From assembly GCA_965198175.1 (NCBI GenBank), contig OZ240245.1:1-64000 (forward strand): a stretch of DNA of 64,000 nt. The letters are read 5' to 3'. The notes under the pieces are model-generated. The model was not told the origin of the DNA, made no database searches, and was given only the letters and a program-made list of their open reading frames with translations. The stretch comes from Candidatus Poribacteria bacterium (GTDB lineage Bacteria > Poribacteria > WGA-4E > PCPOR2b). Position numbers and translations under genes: made by a program. This document shows, in pieces, positions 28,330 to 38,992 of the stretch; position 1 is the stretch's first letter, and every line of letters starts with the position of its first letter.

Positions 28330-29586
28330 ATGCCGGATCGATTGGCGATTGATGGTGGGCCCCCGGTCATTACGGAACCTATTCCCAGTGGAGTTCTCGG
28401 TCCAAGTGTTATTGATGAACGAGAGATTAAGGCAGTCAACGATGTGCTGCGGAGCGGTAACCTCTTCCGATTTGTCGAGAATTCTAACGTAGCCACGTTT
28501 GAGAAGGAAACGGCTAAATTATTGGGTGTGAATTATGCCTTGATGGTTAACTCCGGCACAAGTGCGTTAATTTGCGCGTTGACGGGACTCGGCATCGGTC
28601 CCGGCGATGAAGTTATCCTCCCTGCCTACACATTCATCGCGACAGCAGCGGCAATTGTTGCCGTAGGAGCTGTTCCTGTGATTGCTGAGATTGACAAATC
28701 ACTTGGCATGGACCCATCCGATGTCGCCCAGAAAATTACCCCTTACACGAAGGCAATCCTACCTGTTCACATGCAAGGCGTTCCTTGCTGCCTCGACAAT
28801 CTTATCTCCCTCGCCCGGCAACATAACCTCAAAGTGGTCGAAGATTCCTGTCAGTGTGTCGGGGGGCAATATAAAGGCGCCTACACCGGAACATGGGGAG
28901 ATGCCGGGGCGTGGAGTCTAAACTACTATAAGGTAATAAGCTGCGGTGAAGGGGGTCTAGTGTTTACAAATGACTACGATGTTTATGAGCGCACTGCCTT
29001 CGCTAGCGATCCGGCAATGCCGATGTGGATGAGTGATAAAGAATGGCAAAATCCACCGTTCTCACGTCAATGTTACCGTCCAAGCGAGGTTATGGGCGCA
29101 ATTGCACGGGTACAGTTTTCCAAAATTGGAGACATCTTGAGTCATACCCGTCGGCTGAAAAAAGCCTTCCTTGCGGAACTGGATGCCCCGAAGGGGTATA
29201 TTCCACAGTATGTTGATGATCCCCATGGCGAATGCGGTATCAGCGCAGCAATTATTATTGAAGATCCAGATCTAGTTCCAAAATATGCTGAAGCGCTCAA
29301 AGCTGAAGGAGTTAGCGCCGGTACGGTCTACAATGAAGGATTTCCGGATCGCCACATATACCGCTACTGGGATTCGATTTTGTTAAAACACAGCCCGCAC
29401 CCATCAGGGTATCCATGGAAAGACCCGCAATACAAAGGAAATGTTGAGTATTCATGGGATATGTGCCCACAAACCCTTTCAATCCTTAGTAGAGCCTTAC
29501 GGTTTGGATTCAATGTCAACATGCACAGCACCCATGCGAGGTTAATAGCAGCAGCCGTCAATAAGGTTGATGCAGTTTTAGGATGA
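28330..29586 (+). CDS. DegT/DnrJ/EryC1/StrS PLP-dependent aminotransferase
   Basis: 'VNSGTSAL', 'GPGDEVI', 'VEDSCQ', PLP lysine in 'SLNYYKVISCGEGG'. Confidence 0.93.
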   Translation: MPDRLAIDGGPPVITEPIPSGVLGPSVIDEREIKAVNDVLRSGNLFRFVENSNVATFEKETAKLLGVNYALMVNSGTSALICALTGLGIGPGDEVILPAYTFIATAAAIVAVGAVPVIAEIDKSLGMDPSDVAQKITPYTKAILPVHMQGVPCCLDNLISLARQHNLKVVEDSCQCVGGQYKGAYTGTWGDAGAWSLNYYKVISCGEGGLVFTNDYDVYERTAFASDPAMPMWMSDKEWQNPPFSRQCYRPSEVMGAIARVQFSKIGDILSHTRRLKKAFLAELDAPKGYIPQYVDDPHGECGISAAIIIEDPDLVPKYAEALKAEGVSAGTVYNEGFPDRHIYRYWDSILLKHSPHPSGYPWKDPQYKGNVEYSWDMCPQTLSILSRALRFGFNVNMHSTHARLIAAAVNKVDAVLG

Positions 29587-29674
29587 ATGTGTAATTCTAG
29601 AGACGAAAACTGTAGGAGTGACTTATCAAGTTTTTGTCATTTGTTCATTGCTTACCCCGAAGAGATTAATTTCC

Positions 29675-29700
29675 TGAAACGGATCTTCCCCAAAAGCGTT
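29675..29700 (+). promoter_or_regulatory. Putative ECF-type autoregulatory promoter
   Basis: TGAAAC-16 nt-CGTT directly upstream of the ECF sigma gene, resembling the SigW-type consensus. Confidence 0.5.
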
Positions 29701-29759
29701 GGGATAGATAGTAACCATTGGTTAGCACGTGCTTGAAAACGATAGGGAGGACACCCATT

Positions 29760-30368
29760 TTGGCGCGCCAAATTACGGATGACCCTTCGGATCAAGAAGA
29801 TACCCAATTGGCCACACTCACCAAGACAGGGGATGAATCTGCCTTTCGCTTGTTGTATGACAAGCATTATAACTGGGTTTATAGCAAGACGTACCGTATG
29901 CTTCAAAACCATCAGGACACAGAAGAAGTGTGCATGGATATCTTTTTCAAAATGTGGCAGAAAATCAATAAGTGGGATACCGATCAGGGGAGTTTTCAAG
30001 CATGGTTGAATGTTGTAGCAAAGAACACGATTATTGATGCAATACGCAAGAAAGAAAGAATTCGAGAATCACTCTTAAATGTAGAGTCCGATGCTGACAT
30101 GCCAAGTGAGTACGAGGACAGTAGGCCAACGCCTGACAAACTGATCGAATCCCAAGAAGCTCAGGAGATTCTTGAACAAGCACTTTACCAAGTGACTAAG
30201 CCAAATCATCGAACTGCTTGGATTTTACGTCATCTTGAGGGGTGTAGTATCGCTGAGATTTCGCAAACGCTTCAACGGAAAGAAGGTACCGTTAAGATTT
30301 GGATCTTTCGTTGCGCACAAGAGTTGAAACAAATCCTAATCAGAAAAGGGACGCATTGGCTATACTAA
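29760..30368 (+). CDS. ECF RNA polymerase sigma factor
   Basis: Region 2 'GDESAFRLLYDKH...FQAWLNVVAKN', region 4 'LEGCSIAEISQTLQRKEGTVK'; GGGAGG RBS before TTG 29760. Confidence 0.93.
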   Translation: MARQITDDPSDQEDTQLATLTKTGDESAFRLLYDKHYNWVYSKTYRMLQNHQDTEEVCMDIFFKMWQKINKWDTDQGSFQAWLNVVAKNTIIDAIRKKERIRESLLNVESDADMPSEYEDSRPTPDKLIESQEAQEILEQALYQVTKPNHRTAWILRHLEGCSIAEISQTLQRKEGTVKIWIFRCAQELKQILIRKGTHWLY

Positions 30369-30386
30369 ACTTGGAGGGATTTAGTC

Positions 30387-31511
30387 ATGAACCTTTGGAA
30401 AAAGTCAAGGCCAAATTACAGCAGTGATGAGGCTGAGAACGCAGAGATGTTAGAGGTTTACACCCGTTGGCTCAAAGGAGAGAAGCTCTCACGCAAGCAG
30501 AAACGATTGCTCAAATTGGGTCGAGAAGATACACAGTTAGGGAATTTGAAGCCACTTATCGATTTTGCCCACTACCGCTTTCGGGAAACAGCAAGTGTCA
30601 TACCTCATCTCGGCGCAAAACAACGAATCGCCGACGAGTTAATGCGGCGAATGAACCGCAGTGACACTGAAAATCTTCCCGCCGCCGTGGAAGAAATCGA
30701 ATGGCAACCTGCATACAGTATCGATCCAGTTGGAAGCGATAGTGAACTCGATCATCCACCTAGTGTTGACTACCCTCTGCCGCCTCCACAAAAGGTCGAT
30801 CCGTCTGCTGAGACGGTAATTATCGAAAGAGAGGGGGAACCGGAAGGAATAACGCTTGCACTGGTGGAAGGCAGTTGCAATCTGAAATTAAGGACAACCC
30901 AAAATGATGGATTGGAACAGGAGTATAATATCGCTTTCAAAGAGATAATCATCGGACGTAGTGTTGAGGCAACGATTCAGTTAAAGACGAATGCAGCGGT
31001 TTCACGACGACATGCGTTGCTCACAGCTTATGGCGATAATGTTTACATTACCGATCTTGGCAGCAGTAACGGAACATACGTCAATGGTGTGCGAATCTCT
31101 GAACCGACCCGGCTTCAGGTTGCATCTACGATTGCTATTGTTGAGCAATTGCTTGAAGTCTCCGAAATTCAGCGGGAGGAAGGCACCCTGCGTCTTTCTT
31201 TGACGGAAATCGAAGGTGAAGATGTTGGACAGGTTTACACTGTCTATATCAAAGAGATCACAGTTGGACGGGGAAGAGCTGCATGCCTCCAATTCTCCGA
31301 TTCAGCCGGAACCCTTTCGCGCCTGCATGCGAGATTCGAGCTGAAAAATGGAGAAATATACATTACGGATCTCGACAGTACAAACGGGACCTATGTGGAT
31401 GGGGTTCGCATAGAAAACCCAACCGTGCTTAAAAAGGGCACAACCGTTCAACTTGGCAGCGTTATTTGCGATGTCGTCAATATAGAAAATGTTTCATCGG
31501 TTTCTGTTTGA
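30387..31511 (+). CDS. Protein with two FHA domains and an N-terminal helical domain
   Basis: Two 'GR...SRxHA...DLxSxNGTYVxG' FHA repeats; no TM segment seen. Confidence 0.9.
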   Translation: MNLWKKSRPNYSSDEAENAEMLEVYTRWLKGEKLSRKQKRLLKLGREDTQLGNLKPLIDFAHYRFRETASVIPHLGAKQRIADELMRRMNRSDTENLPAAVEEIEWQPAYSIDPVGSDSELDHPPSVDYPLPPPQKVDPSAETVIIEREGEPEGITLALVEGSCNLKLRTTQNDGLEQEYNIAFKEIIIGRSVEATIQLKTNAAVSRRHALLTAYGDNVYITDLGSSNGTYVNGVRISEPTRLQVASTIAIVEQLLEVSEIQREEGTLRLSLTEIEGEDVGQVYTVYIKEITVGRGRAACLQFSDSAGTLSRLHARFELKNGEIYITDLDSTNGTYVDGVRIENPTVLKKGTTVQLGSVICDVVNIENVSSVSV

Positions 31512-31616
31512 GTTTTCACGACTCAAACAAAGAGGCTGTGATGCCGGTTTACACAGCATGCCACTGGAGAAATAGTCTAGCCGAATATATAAGTTATTCC
31601 AATTCGACACACCAGT

Positions 31617-32717
31617 ATGAATCAGAAACAACTTGCATTAGCTCATTTTAACCGTGCCGCAAAGTATTACCAAAAAGCGATTTACGTTCAGGCAGTTCGC
31701 CACTACCTTGCAGGCTTAAAAATTGACGCAACGCGTGCCGAAATATACGCAGACCTTGCAAAAGCGTATGAAATGCTGGGCTGCTGGGGTCATGCGCTCA
31801 GATCTCTGGAAACTGCCTTGCGACTACAACCGGGATATCCGACAGCCCTACGACGGAAGCGGCGGATTCTTGAAGAGCAAGCGGTTTATGCCGCGCGACA
31901 AAATCAACTAGACTTAAATCAAGAACCCCCGTTCCGACATCACCAGATGCGACGTGATATTCCACAAAGTGAATCTTCAACAGGTGCAATCTCCGCAATC
32001 GAACACTCTTGCTTCACCCTCACTTGTCCCGATACAACCCCCCAAACAACTGTTTCAGCCTTATGCCAACTAGTTGAACGGATTTACCATGAGGTTGGCG
32101 AGATGTTTCAGTGTTATCCCCACCACCCAATCCCCATCTCCATCGAAGATGCAAGTCTACCATCTTATTCTGCTCTCAATCGCACACTTCCCGCTTGGGC
32201 TGCAGCTCGATATAATGGCGGCATTCAACTCATCCACCGCCCTGGAAACACTGGTTTCGGGATTTTATCGACGTTGATTTGCCACGAATGGGTTCATCTG
32301 ACTGTTGATTTAATAGCACAAGGACAGTGTCCAAGGTGGCTTGATGAGGGTCTTGCTCAAACAATCGCCCGTCCTCTCATGAATTTTGAGCACGAATGCC
32401 TGCTAAACGCAAGACGAAACCAGCAACTTCTGACAATGGATGTATTGAGAAATCCATTCCACCAACTTGATTCCGGGCAACGCCGCTTAGCATATCTCCA
32501 GTCAAGTGCGATAGTGGAATATTTGATAAAACAGTTTGGAATCTCCCTCATCCGTGAGCTTCTCAATCGAATCGGAAACGGAGAACCGTCAGAAATCGCA
32601 ATCCAGGAGACTTTGGGGAAAACGCCGGATGAAATTGTAGCCTCGTGGCAACTGGACAACGACGGGACAAGGCGCGAAACTCAGAGTAACCCTCGAAGAG
32701 AGAATCCATTTGTATAA
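31617..32717 (+). CDS. TPR-domain plus peptidase MA-like metalloprotease
   Basis: N-terminal TPRs; 'CHEWVH...PRWLDEGLA...AYLQS' gluzincin pattern. Confidence 0.85.
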   Translation: MNQKQLALAHFNRAAKYYQKAIYVQAVRHYLAGLKIDATRAEIYADLAKAYEMLGCWGHALRSLETALRLQPGYPTALRRKRRILEEQAVYAARQNQLDLNQEPPFRHHQMRRDIPQSESSTGAISAIEHSCFTLTCPDTTPQTTVSALCQLVERIYHEVGEMFQCYPHHPIPISIEDASLPSYSALNRTLPAWAAARYNGGIQLIHRPGNTGFGILSTLICHEWVHLTVDLIAQGQCPRWLDEGLAQTIARPLMNFEHECLLNARRNQQLLTMDVLRNPFHQLDSGQRRLAYLQSSAIVEYLIKQFGISLIRELLNRIGNGEPSEIAIQETLGKTPDEIVASWQLDNDGTRRETQSNPRRENPFV

Positions 32718-33206
32718 ATGGAAACGCTTGATATCGTTATTTTAGTCCTTGTCGGTTTAGGAGGCTTGAATTGTTTGCGAGTTGGCTTTACCCGCAGCGT
32801 TTGGGGAATTGCTGCTATCTCCCTCGGCGTGTTTGCTGCAAGTCAATTATGGAGAGAGCTTGCATTGATCCTGCAGGGTGTAATTAAGCACGAAGGTATC
32901 TCGAAATGGGCAAGTGTCATCGCTATTACAGCCGTGGTGAGCATAGCGGTGGATAGGGTTTTTGAGCAGATTCAGAAAATTATGCGTCGAGGCGTGTTAG
33001 GCTGGCTAGACAACGTTGTCGGGGGGCTGTTTGGCGTTGCGGTCAGCGGCGTGTTAATTGGATTGGCGCTCATATTGCTAAATCGCTATGGTGGGAAAGC
33101 GTTTCAAGAAGCTATTGCAGCCTCCCGTTTCGCACCAACGCTTCTAGACGTTGCCCATCAGGTTTTTGATTTCGGAAAAGAGATGATTGAAAAACAAGCA
33201 GGTTAA
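32718..33206 (+). CDS. cvpA: CvpA (colicin V production) family membrane protein
   Basis: 'LDIVIL...GFTR' and 'LGWLDNVVGGLFG' motifs, about 4 TM helices. Confidence 0.85.
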   Translation: METLDIVILVLVGLGGLNCLRVGFTRSVWGIAAISLGVFAASQLWRELALILQGVIKHEGISKWASVIAITAVVSIAVDRVFEQIQKIMRRGVLGWLDNVVGGLFGVAVSGVLIGLALILLNRYGGKAFQEAIAASRFAPTLLDVAHQVFDFGKEMIEKQAG

Positions 33207-33368
33207 AGTCACTGCAACCAAAAATGACACATATTAATTCGATCAAAAGTGGGTGTCAACCCCCTAAGACTATCGCCTTCGCTATTCACTCAGTTGATCG
33301 CTCCTTATCCAGTCGCCTTCGCAATTCGTTCAGTTGATCCCTTCTCACTCATCACGTTTCATACTGAA

Positions 33369-34268
33369 ATGAAATCGTCCTTTCTTGAGTTCTCTTGGAT
33401 TTGTTCTTTCTGTCTCCTGCCATTTGTCTCTCCTTTAGCATATTCCCACTTTGATGCAGAGAATCTACTCGCCTTCGCCAATTCCCTTTTTCAAGAAGGA
33501 GATTATCCCAATGCCATTCATGAATATCAACGCTATCTCTTCCTCTACCCGAAAGGGGGAAAAAACGATCTCGTTCAATTCCGTATCGCTGCAGCTTATC
33601 AAAACACCAACCAACTGCAAGTAGCAATAGAATCTTACCAGAAATTGATTGCCATCTACCCGATGAGCCCGTTGACCGAGCGAGCAAGATCCAATGTGAC
33701 ACAATGCCAACTGCTGCAAGGCAAGAAAACCACTGCCATCTCGTCATTGCGGCAGCTTTTATCAGATTCTCCAGATAGCAAATTAGCTCCCCGTGCACAA
33801 TTTATTATTGGCATGATTCGCATGGAAAATAGGGACTGGTCAAGTGCCGCACAGGAGTGGAAACAGGTCAGTATCAGATACGCCCAAACACCTTTCGGAG
33901 CGATGAGCGATCGCCTTTCACGAATTGTTCAGCATGGTGAATCTCTGCCTAAACGTTCTCCGACGATGGCTGGACTGCTCTCAGCATTTGCTCCGGGGCT
34001 TGGACAGACATATAGTAACCGTTCTTCTGATGGATTGCGCGCACTGTTAGCCGTTGGTACGGTAGTTGGTGGAACTATATATTATATTGATGAGGAGCGC
34101 TACAGCGTTGCAATTCCATTGGCTGCGATTGGGTTTTCTCTTCATCTGCGTAACATTTATGGCGGTGTACAATCCGCGAAGACCTTCAATCAACAACAAG
34201 AAAGCAAATTCCTCAGTAAACTGAGAACGCAGATTCACGAATCTAATTTATTCGGTGCATCGGATTAA
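33369..34268 (+). CDS. Exported TPR (BamD/YfiO-like) protein with C-terminal membrane segment
   Basis: TPR repeats; 'KRSPTMAGLLSAFAPGLGQ' motif followed by hydrophobic helices; start uncertain (ORF open from 33249). Confidence 0.8.
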   Translation: MKSSFLEFSWICSFCLLPFVSPLAYSHFDAENLLAFANSLFQEGDYPNAIHEYQRYLFLYPKGGKNDLVQFRIAAAYQNTNQLQVAIESYQKLIAIYPMSPLTERARSNVTQCQLLQGKKTTAISSLRQLLSDSPDSKLAPRAQFIIGMIRMENRDWSSAAQEWKQVSIRYAQTPFGAMSDRLSRIVQHGESLPKRSPTMAGLLSAFAPGLGQTYSNRSSDGLRALLAVGTVVGGTIYYIDEERYSVAIPLAAIGFSLHLRNIYGGVQSAKTFNQQQESKFLSKLRTQIHESNLFGASD

Positions 34269-34384
34269 TAGTCTACAAAAACAACCCTCGCGTATTGACA
34301 ATCTTGATTTTAAGCACTACGAATTGTTAGTTAGTAATTGATAAATCTAACCCTCCAATCTTTTCTTTTTCTTGTATCGCTAGC

Positions 34385-35341
34385 GTGAATCAACAAGCTT
34401 CAGTTCCTACCACGTTTTTTCTCCTTTTACTTCCCATCGTTGTTATTTGTCAACAGGCCTGGGCAGAGCAAGATGATTCTCCTCTACGATATGCAGAATA
34501 TCTCTTCAATCACGGAGACTATGAATCATCACTGCTTGAGTACAAACGCTTTCTTTTTTATCATCCGGATACGGATGTGGATGACTTTGTACGTTACCGT
34601 ATCGCACAAGGTTACTATTATCAAGAAGATAGTGAAAAATCCCAGCAGATGCTGGGAGAACTTACGAAGACCCATTCGGATTCCCCGCTCTATCTTCACG
34701 CACAACTGATGTTGGGCAAGTCCTACTTTGACGCCGCAGATTACACGAGTGCCCGCATCAATTTTTCCAAGATTATCCATGCGGATGCAGATGATCAGCT
34801 ATCAGCACAAGCGCAATATCTACGGAGTTGGTGTTATGTTCATGAGTGGAATTGGTTAAAGGGGATTGCGGAATGTCGTAAGGTCAGCCGATTCCAGCCT
34901 GGCAGTTCCCTAAGTATGGTATCCAACCAACTTGCAGACACGACGTTAGCGAATACTCCTTTACCACTCAAGTCTCCTGAACGCGCCCAATGGCTGTCTA
35001 CTGTATTCCCCGGATTCGGGCAAATCTACGTAGGTCAACTCCGAAACGGACTTATCTCCACTGCAGTTAACGCCGTTTTTGTATATCTAGCGGCTGATGC
35101 AACTCGTGACGAGCGTTATGTAGATGCAGTAGGTGTTTCTCTAGTAGGTATGTGGTATTATTGGCGCAATCGGTCGAGTGCGAAAGCGATGGCAGTTGAA
35201 CACAACCGCAAGCTAGCAATCGATCTAGTTCGCGAATTAAGGAAAAAATCGGTGGAGATTAAACCTAAAAAGATTGAAATTCCGGAAGTCGGAGAGGCGC
35301 TCATCCAGAGGACAAAACACGTAGGAAAGCAGAAGAACTGA
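34385..35341 (+). CDS. Exported TPR protein, tandem paralog of the previous gene
   Basis: Signal peptide; 'EYKRFLFYHP'; 'KSPERAQWLSTVFPGFGQ'. Confidence 0.8.
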   Translation: MNQQASVPTTFFLLLLPIVVICQQAWAEQDDSPLRYAEYLFNHGDYESSLLEYKRFLFYHPDTDVDDFVRYRIAQGYYYQEDSEKSQQMLGELTKTHSDSPLYLHAQLMLGKSYFDAADYTSARINFSKIIHADADDQLSAQAQYLRSWCYVHEWNWLKGIAECRKVSRFQPGSSLSMVSNQLADTTLANTPLPLKSPERAQWLSTVFPGFGQIYVGQLRNGLISTAVNAVFVYLAADATRDERYVDAVGVSLVGMWYYWRNRSSAKAMAVEHNRKLAIDLVRELRKKSVEIKPKKIEIPEVGEALIQRTKHVGKQKN

Positions 35342-35582
35342 CCGCCCTCCATAAAAATTGAGATGGAACGAATCAGGGATTTACAATCATACAGTCCTCT
35401 AGCAGACGAGTTCAAAAATATCAGCCATGTTCGGCGTTCATCAACGCCGCCCTAGCAGCAATACACAAAGGGGTAGAATTATAACCACCCTCATCGGAAG
35501 CATCCTCATACCCTACACTTTAATGAAGGACTACCGCAACACTTTGGTTTGAAATCTAATGTTTGAGATATAACACACCGCG

Positions 35583-37226
35583 TTACTCGCGCCAAGCGTG
35601 CTGACTAAGAATATCATCCTGGCCCAACTCATCGAAAAGAAGGGCGATATTGCCGCCGTCCGCATCCATAACCCAGATGCCCAGGCTGCCGTTGCGGTCA
35701 CTGCTGAAGGCGACCTTCGTCCCGTCTGCAGACCAACACGGATAGCCGTTGTAACTGTCCTCGTCGGTCAAGCGGGTTTGAAGCAGCGAAAATAGATCGA
35801 GGAAATACACAGCAGCACGGAACGGAGAAATCTCCTTGGTAAATACCAATTTCGAGCCAGCCGGACTCCAATCCGGATGGAGGTCGTTGTTCGTGCTAGA
35901 AGTTAAACGTTCAACACCGGCTTCTATTCCTAGTGGATTGGCGACTGGTGCCTGGGGTAGATGATGCTCCTTTTGCCCTGCACGTAGTATTTCATGCGGT
36001 TTTGTCTCCGGTTCCGACTCCGGTTCCGGGGTTGGCTCCGGCTCCGGTTCTACTTCCGGTTCTGGCTCGGGCTCGGGCTCCGGTTCCAGTTCTACTTTTG
36101 GTGGGAGTGCCGCGTTAGCGGCAAGAAATGCTTCAATGTCCACCACATAGAGATCTCTTTCATAGGAATACGCAATCTGGCTACCGTCAGGCGACCACGT
36201 CGGTCTGGATTCAGCGTGGCAGACGGAAAGTCGAACGCGATTTTCTCCGTTTACATCCATGGTGTAAATCGCCGGTTTACGAAGGGTTTTCGCATGAACG
36301 AAAGCGATGCGATCCCCATCAGGTGACCAAGCCGGATGCCGATCATTGAAATTGTCTCCGCTGATAGACTTTGTATTCCGACCACGGCTATTCATAACAT
36401 AGATTTGTGGTGGAGCACCGCCTTCTGAACGACTAAAGATAATTCCCCCACCATTGGGCGACCAGCTAGGCTGGTCGTCGAAAAAGTGTGTAAGCACCGT
36501 CTCGTTTGCACGGTTTGCGTTAATAACTGAAATCCCAAAAAAATCTTCGCCAGCAACATTTCCGCGAGCAAAGACAATTTGCCCTGTCATCTTGCGGCGA
36601 ACAGAAATCTTTCGTACGACATCTCTATCACCGACAGTGATACCCGGCATGTGTATTGTGTCATAGCCCGGCTTTTCTGCGGTCAAATTGTATTGTCCCT
36701 CAGAAACGGGGGCAATTTTATATTGGCCTGCAGAGTTCGTAACTGACGCGCGATCACCCAAAGTAATGAGGACATTTCGCACAAGATTGCCGTCGTTAGA
36801 AATCACCTCTCCCTCAAACCTAACGCCGGGTTCAAGGCGGAAATCAACGGTTGCCGGATCTTTGCGAGTGACTTTCACTGCCGCTTGTTGGTCCAGATAA
36901 CCAAGAGCAAAAATGCGCAGGGTATAGTCGCCGCTTTTGAGCGATTCAAATCTAAAGATTCCGTTAGCATCGGTGGTTGTAGATGCGACATCCTCAAAGA
37001 TGAATTTTTCTTCTGTAACGCTCTTTTTCGTAGCCAACGTGATTGTCGCATCTGCAATTCCAGCATGGGTGACCAAATCTGTAACGGATCCTGAGATGAT
37101 TCCCTCCGCCGATGACACAATCCTCGGACCGACATCTTCGGAATCGTCACCGCCGCAACCGGAAAAAAACACAAACAGAACAAATACAAATAGAGCAAGG
37201 TAAGAGTAGCGGATCAAGTTCTCCAT
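35583..37226 (-). CDS. Lipoprotein with two carboxypeptidase-regulatory-like domains and a TolB-like PD40 beta-propeller
   Basis: Lipobox FFSGC; repeated 'PxWSPDG'; Pro-Glu linker. Confidence 0.85.
   Translation of the reverse strand: MENLIRYSYLALFVFVLFVFFSGCGGDDSEDVGPRIVSSAEGIISGSVTDLVTHAGIADATITLATKKSVTEEKFIFEDVASTTTDANGIFRFESLKSGDYTLRIFALGYLDQQAAVKVTRKDPATVDFRLEPGVRFEGEVISNDGNLVRNVLITLGDRASVTNSAGQYKIAPVSEGQYNLTAEKPGYDTIHMPGITVGDRDVVRKISVRRKMTGQIVFARGNVAGEDFFGISVINANRANETVLTHFFDDQPSWSPNGGGIIFSRSEGGAPPQIYVMNSRGRNTKSISGDNFNDRHPAWSPDGDRIAFVHAKTLRKPAIYTMDVNGENRVRLSVCHAESRPTWSPDGSQIAYSYERDLYVVDIEAFLAANAALPPKVELEPEPEPEPEPEVEPEPEPTPEPESEPETKPHEILRAGQKEHHLPQAPVANPLGIEAGVERLTSSTNNDLHPDWSPAGSKLVFTKEISPFRAAVYFLDLFSLLQTRLTDEDSYNGYPCWSADGTKVAFSSDRNGSLGIWVMDADGGNIALLFDELGQDDILSQHAWRE
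36000..36095 (-). repeat. Pro-Glu hexanucleotide repeat inside the TolB-like gene
   Basis: Encodes 'EPEPEPEPEPEVEPEPEPTPEPESEPE'. Confidence 0.8.
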
Positions 37227-37375
37227 AATAATTCGTGGGTACGTTTATCCGTCAGAGACAGACAAACATGCCACCTCCTCCTTTCAAATTTCGTCTAGTG
37301 ACAAAAAGCTTCGATTCATCAGTTCTTCTCTCTAAACCAATGTACCAGTTCTTGATTTAATGTTAGACCAGAAAT

Positions 37376-38992
37376 CTACAATTTCTGTGCGACATTTGGT
37401 GCTTTTTTCCAACGACTATCGTCGCCTGAATCTTTCAAAACCGTTTCGGGAATGTAGTTGCTGTAATCCGAAATATTCCCGTGTGTAATAGCATAGACGA
37501 CAATGTTGATTAGGTGCCGCGCCGCGTGGGGCGCGGATTTCTCTAGAACCTGATTATAACTTTGCAACTTGCCATAGAAAGGTTTCTGAACTGCACCATC
37601 GACCACATGCATCATCTGTTCGGTATCGACTAACACGGCAAGCCGTCCATCGATAGTGATGCCTTGCAGATCGGAATAAGTACCAAAGTGAAGGGGGATG
37701 CTATGACCGCCCATGGTTGTGACCTTGCGCAAGGGAAAACGCAAGGGACCATTTAGCGAATAATAGGTGTTGTAAATCTCGTGGTCATTGCGAATCAAGC
37801 CGAGTTGATGCTCCGGCAGGAGGCTCCGAAGTACCTTCCTTGTGCCTCTCATTGCGTTTTCCGCATTCCCATGCGTTGCTATATAGATGAATCCCCCACG
37901 ATGGATCACATACTCTCGCAAACTTTGGACTTCAGCGTCAGTGTACTTACTTAATCCACCCGGACGCCTCGTATTCCAAATTGGATTACTGTGAGAGTTG
38001 AACACTCGCCTCAGATGTTCTGGACTTATATTTGAGCCGCCGGGTATCGGCTCCATGAATATGATTGGTGCCTGGAAGAACCCGGCGTCGTTCATTCCGA
38101 CTGCATCGGCAAACTGTGTTTTAATCTGAGTTTTTTCATTCAGCGATTGCACTAGATAGGACAGACCTGCCCCAAATCGGAAATTGCCGACACCGCTACC
38201 TCATATATCTGCGCTGGGGTGAAGGGGATCTTCAAAACGTGCTAGGTTTAATCGCCCCCTTATATTTCGTCCGCGTCCCACAACGATAGCACCGGGAGTC
38301 CCATGGGGGAGTTCAGGCACCCCACCTCCTAGCGCTACCTTTTCGGTGACATCGGAAAGGGCGTCATCAATGTTGGTCGCTCCTTCCGCAGCAACCAGCG
38401 AAGTCAGTCCAACCCGGTCCCTTACCCATGTCCCATTCACGTCGCCTTCTGAACTGAAAGCGCCACGTCCAACACTGGTACCAGCTCCTTCGCCATCAGA
38501 GAGCGAACCGCTTCCACTCGGTCCTGTGGTTAACGGAACATAAGACTGGGTCGGAAGATCGACTGCAGTGGCAAGGAGTTGCGCGGGACGGCGATTGACG
38601 CGAGTAGACTGAACGATTCCTTGGACAGAAATTTCGGCGCGCGCAGATTGTATGGGAGACTGAGAAACCGCGGCATCCACCGACACGGCTTTCGCCGCAA
38701 ATACGGAGGTAGATTTCATCGGATGGGTTGTCAGAGAGCGGGTTTGCGCCGGAGCCAACTCCGGCTTGATTTGAAAATCAGCCGTAGGAATTATCCGCGT
38801 GGCGGTAGGTGCATTGACACGTGGTAATCTCTCTACGGTCGGCACCGGTTTTATTTTCAGAATGCTCACATTTAAGGCATCAACATCTCTCGAATTGGTT
38901 TGGTTGATGGCGATGAAACTGATGATAATCGCGAGGCATAGATGTACCGTTAGAGACATGAACCAGAAGCGGTACATGTGATGAGATTTCAT
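37376..38992 (-). CDS. Membrane-anchored DUF4159-like protein read through an in-frame TGA (candidate selenoprotein, 538 aa)
   Basis: ORFs 38201-38992 and 37376-38152 are in the same frame, joined by TGA plus 16 open codons; DUF4159-like 'LREYV..GGFIY', 'DHEIY..YY', 'GITIDGRLAV', 'INIVVYAIT'. Confidence 0.7.
38154..38200 (-). promoter_or_regulatory. SECIS-like mRNA hairpin 3' of the in-frame TGA
   Basis: GGGCAG-GT-CTGTCC hairpin with the loop G about 34 nt after the UGA; GGTAG/CTATC basal pairing; GCAGGTCTG core as in the E. coli fdhF SECIS. Confidence 0.6.

Noticed and set aside
36000..36095. Tandem repeats as a possible CRISPR or non-coding array
   Set aside because: They encode a Pro-Glu linker within a CDS; no repeat-spacer structure and no cas genes in the window
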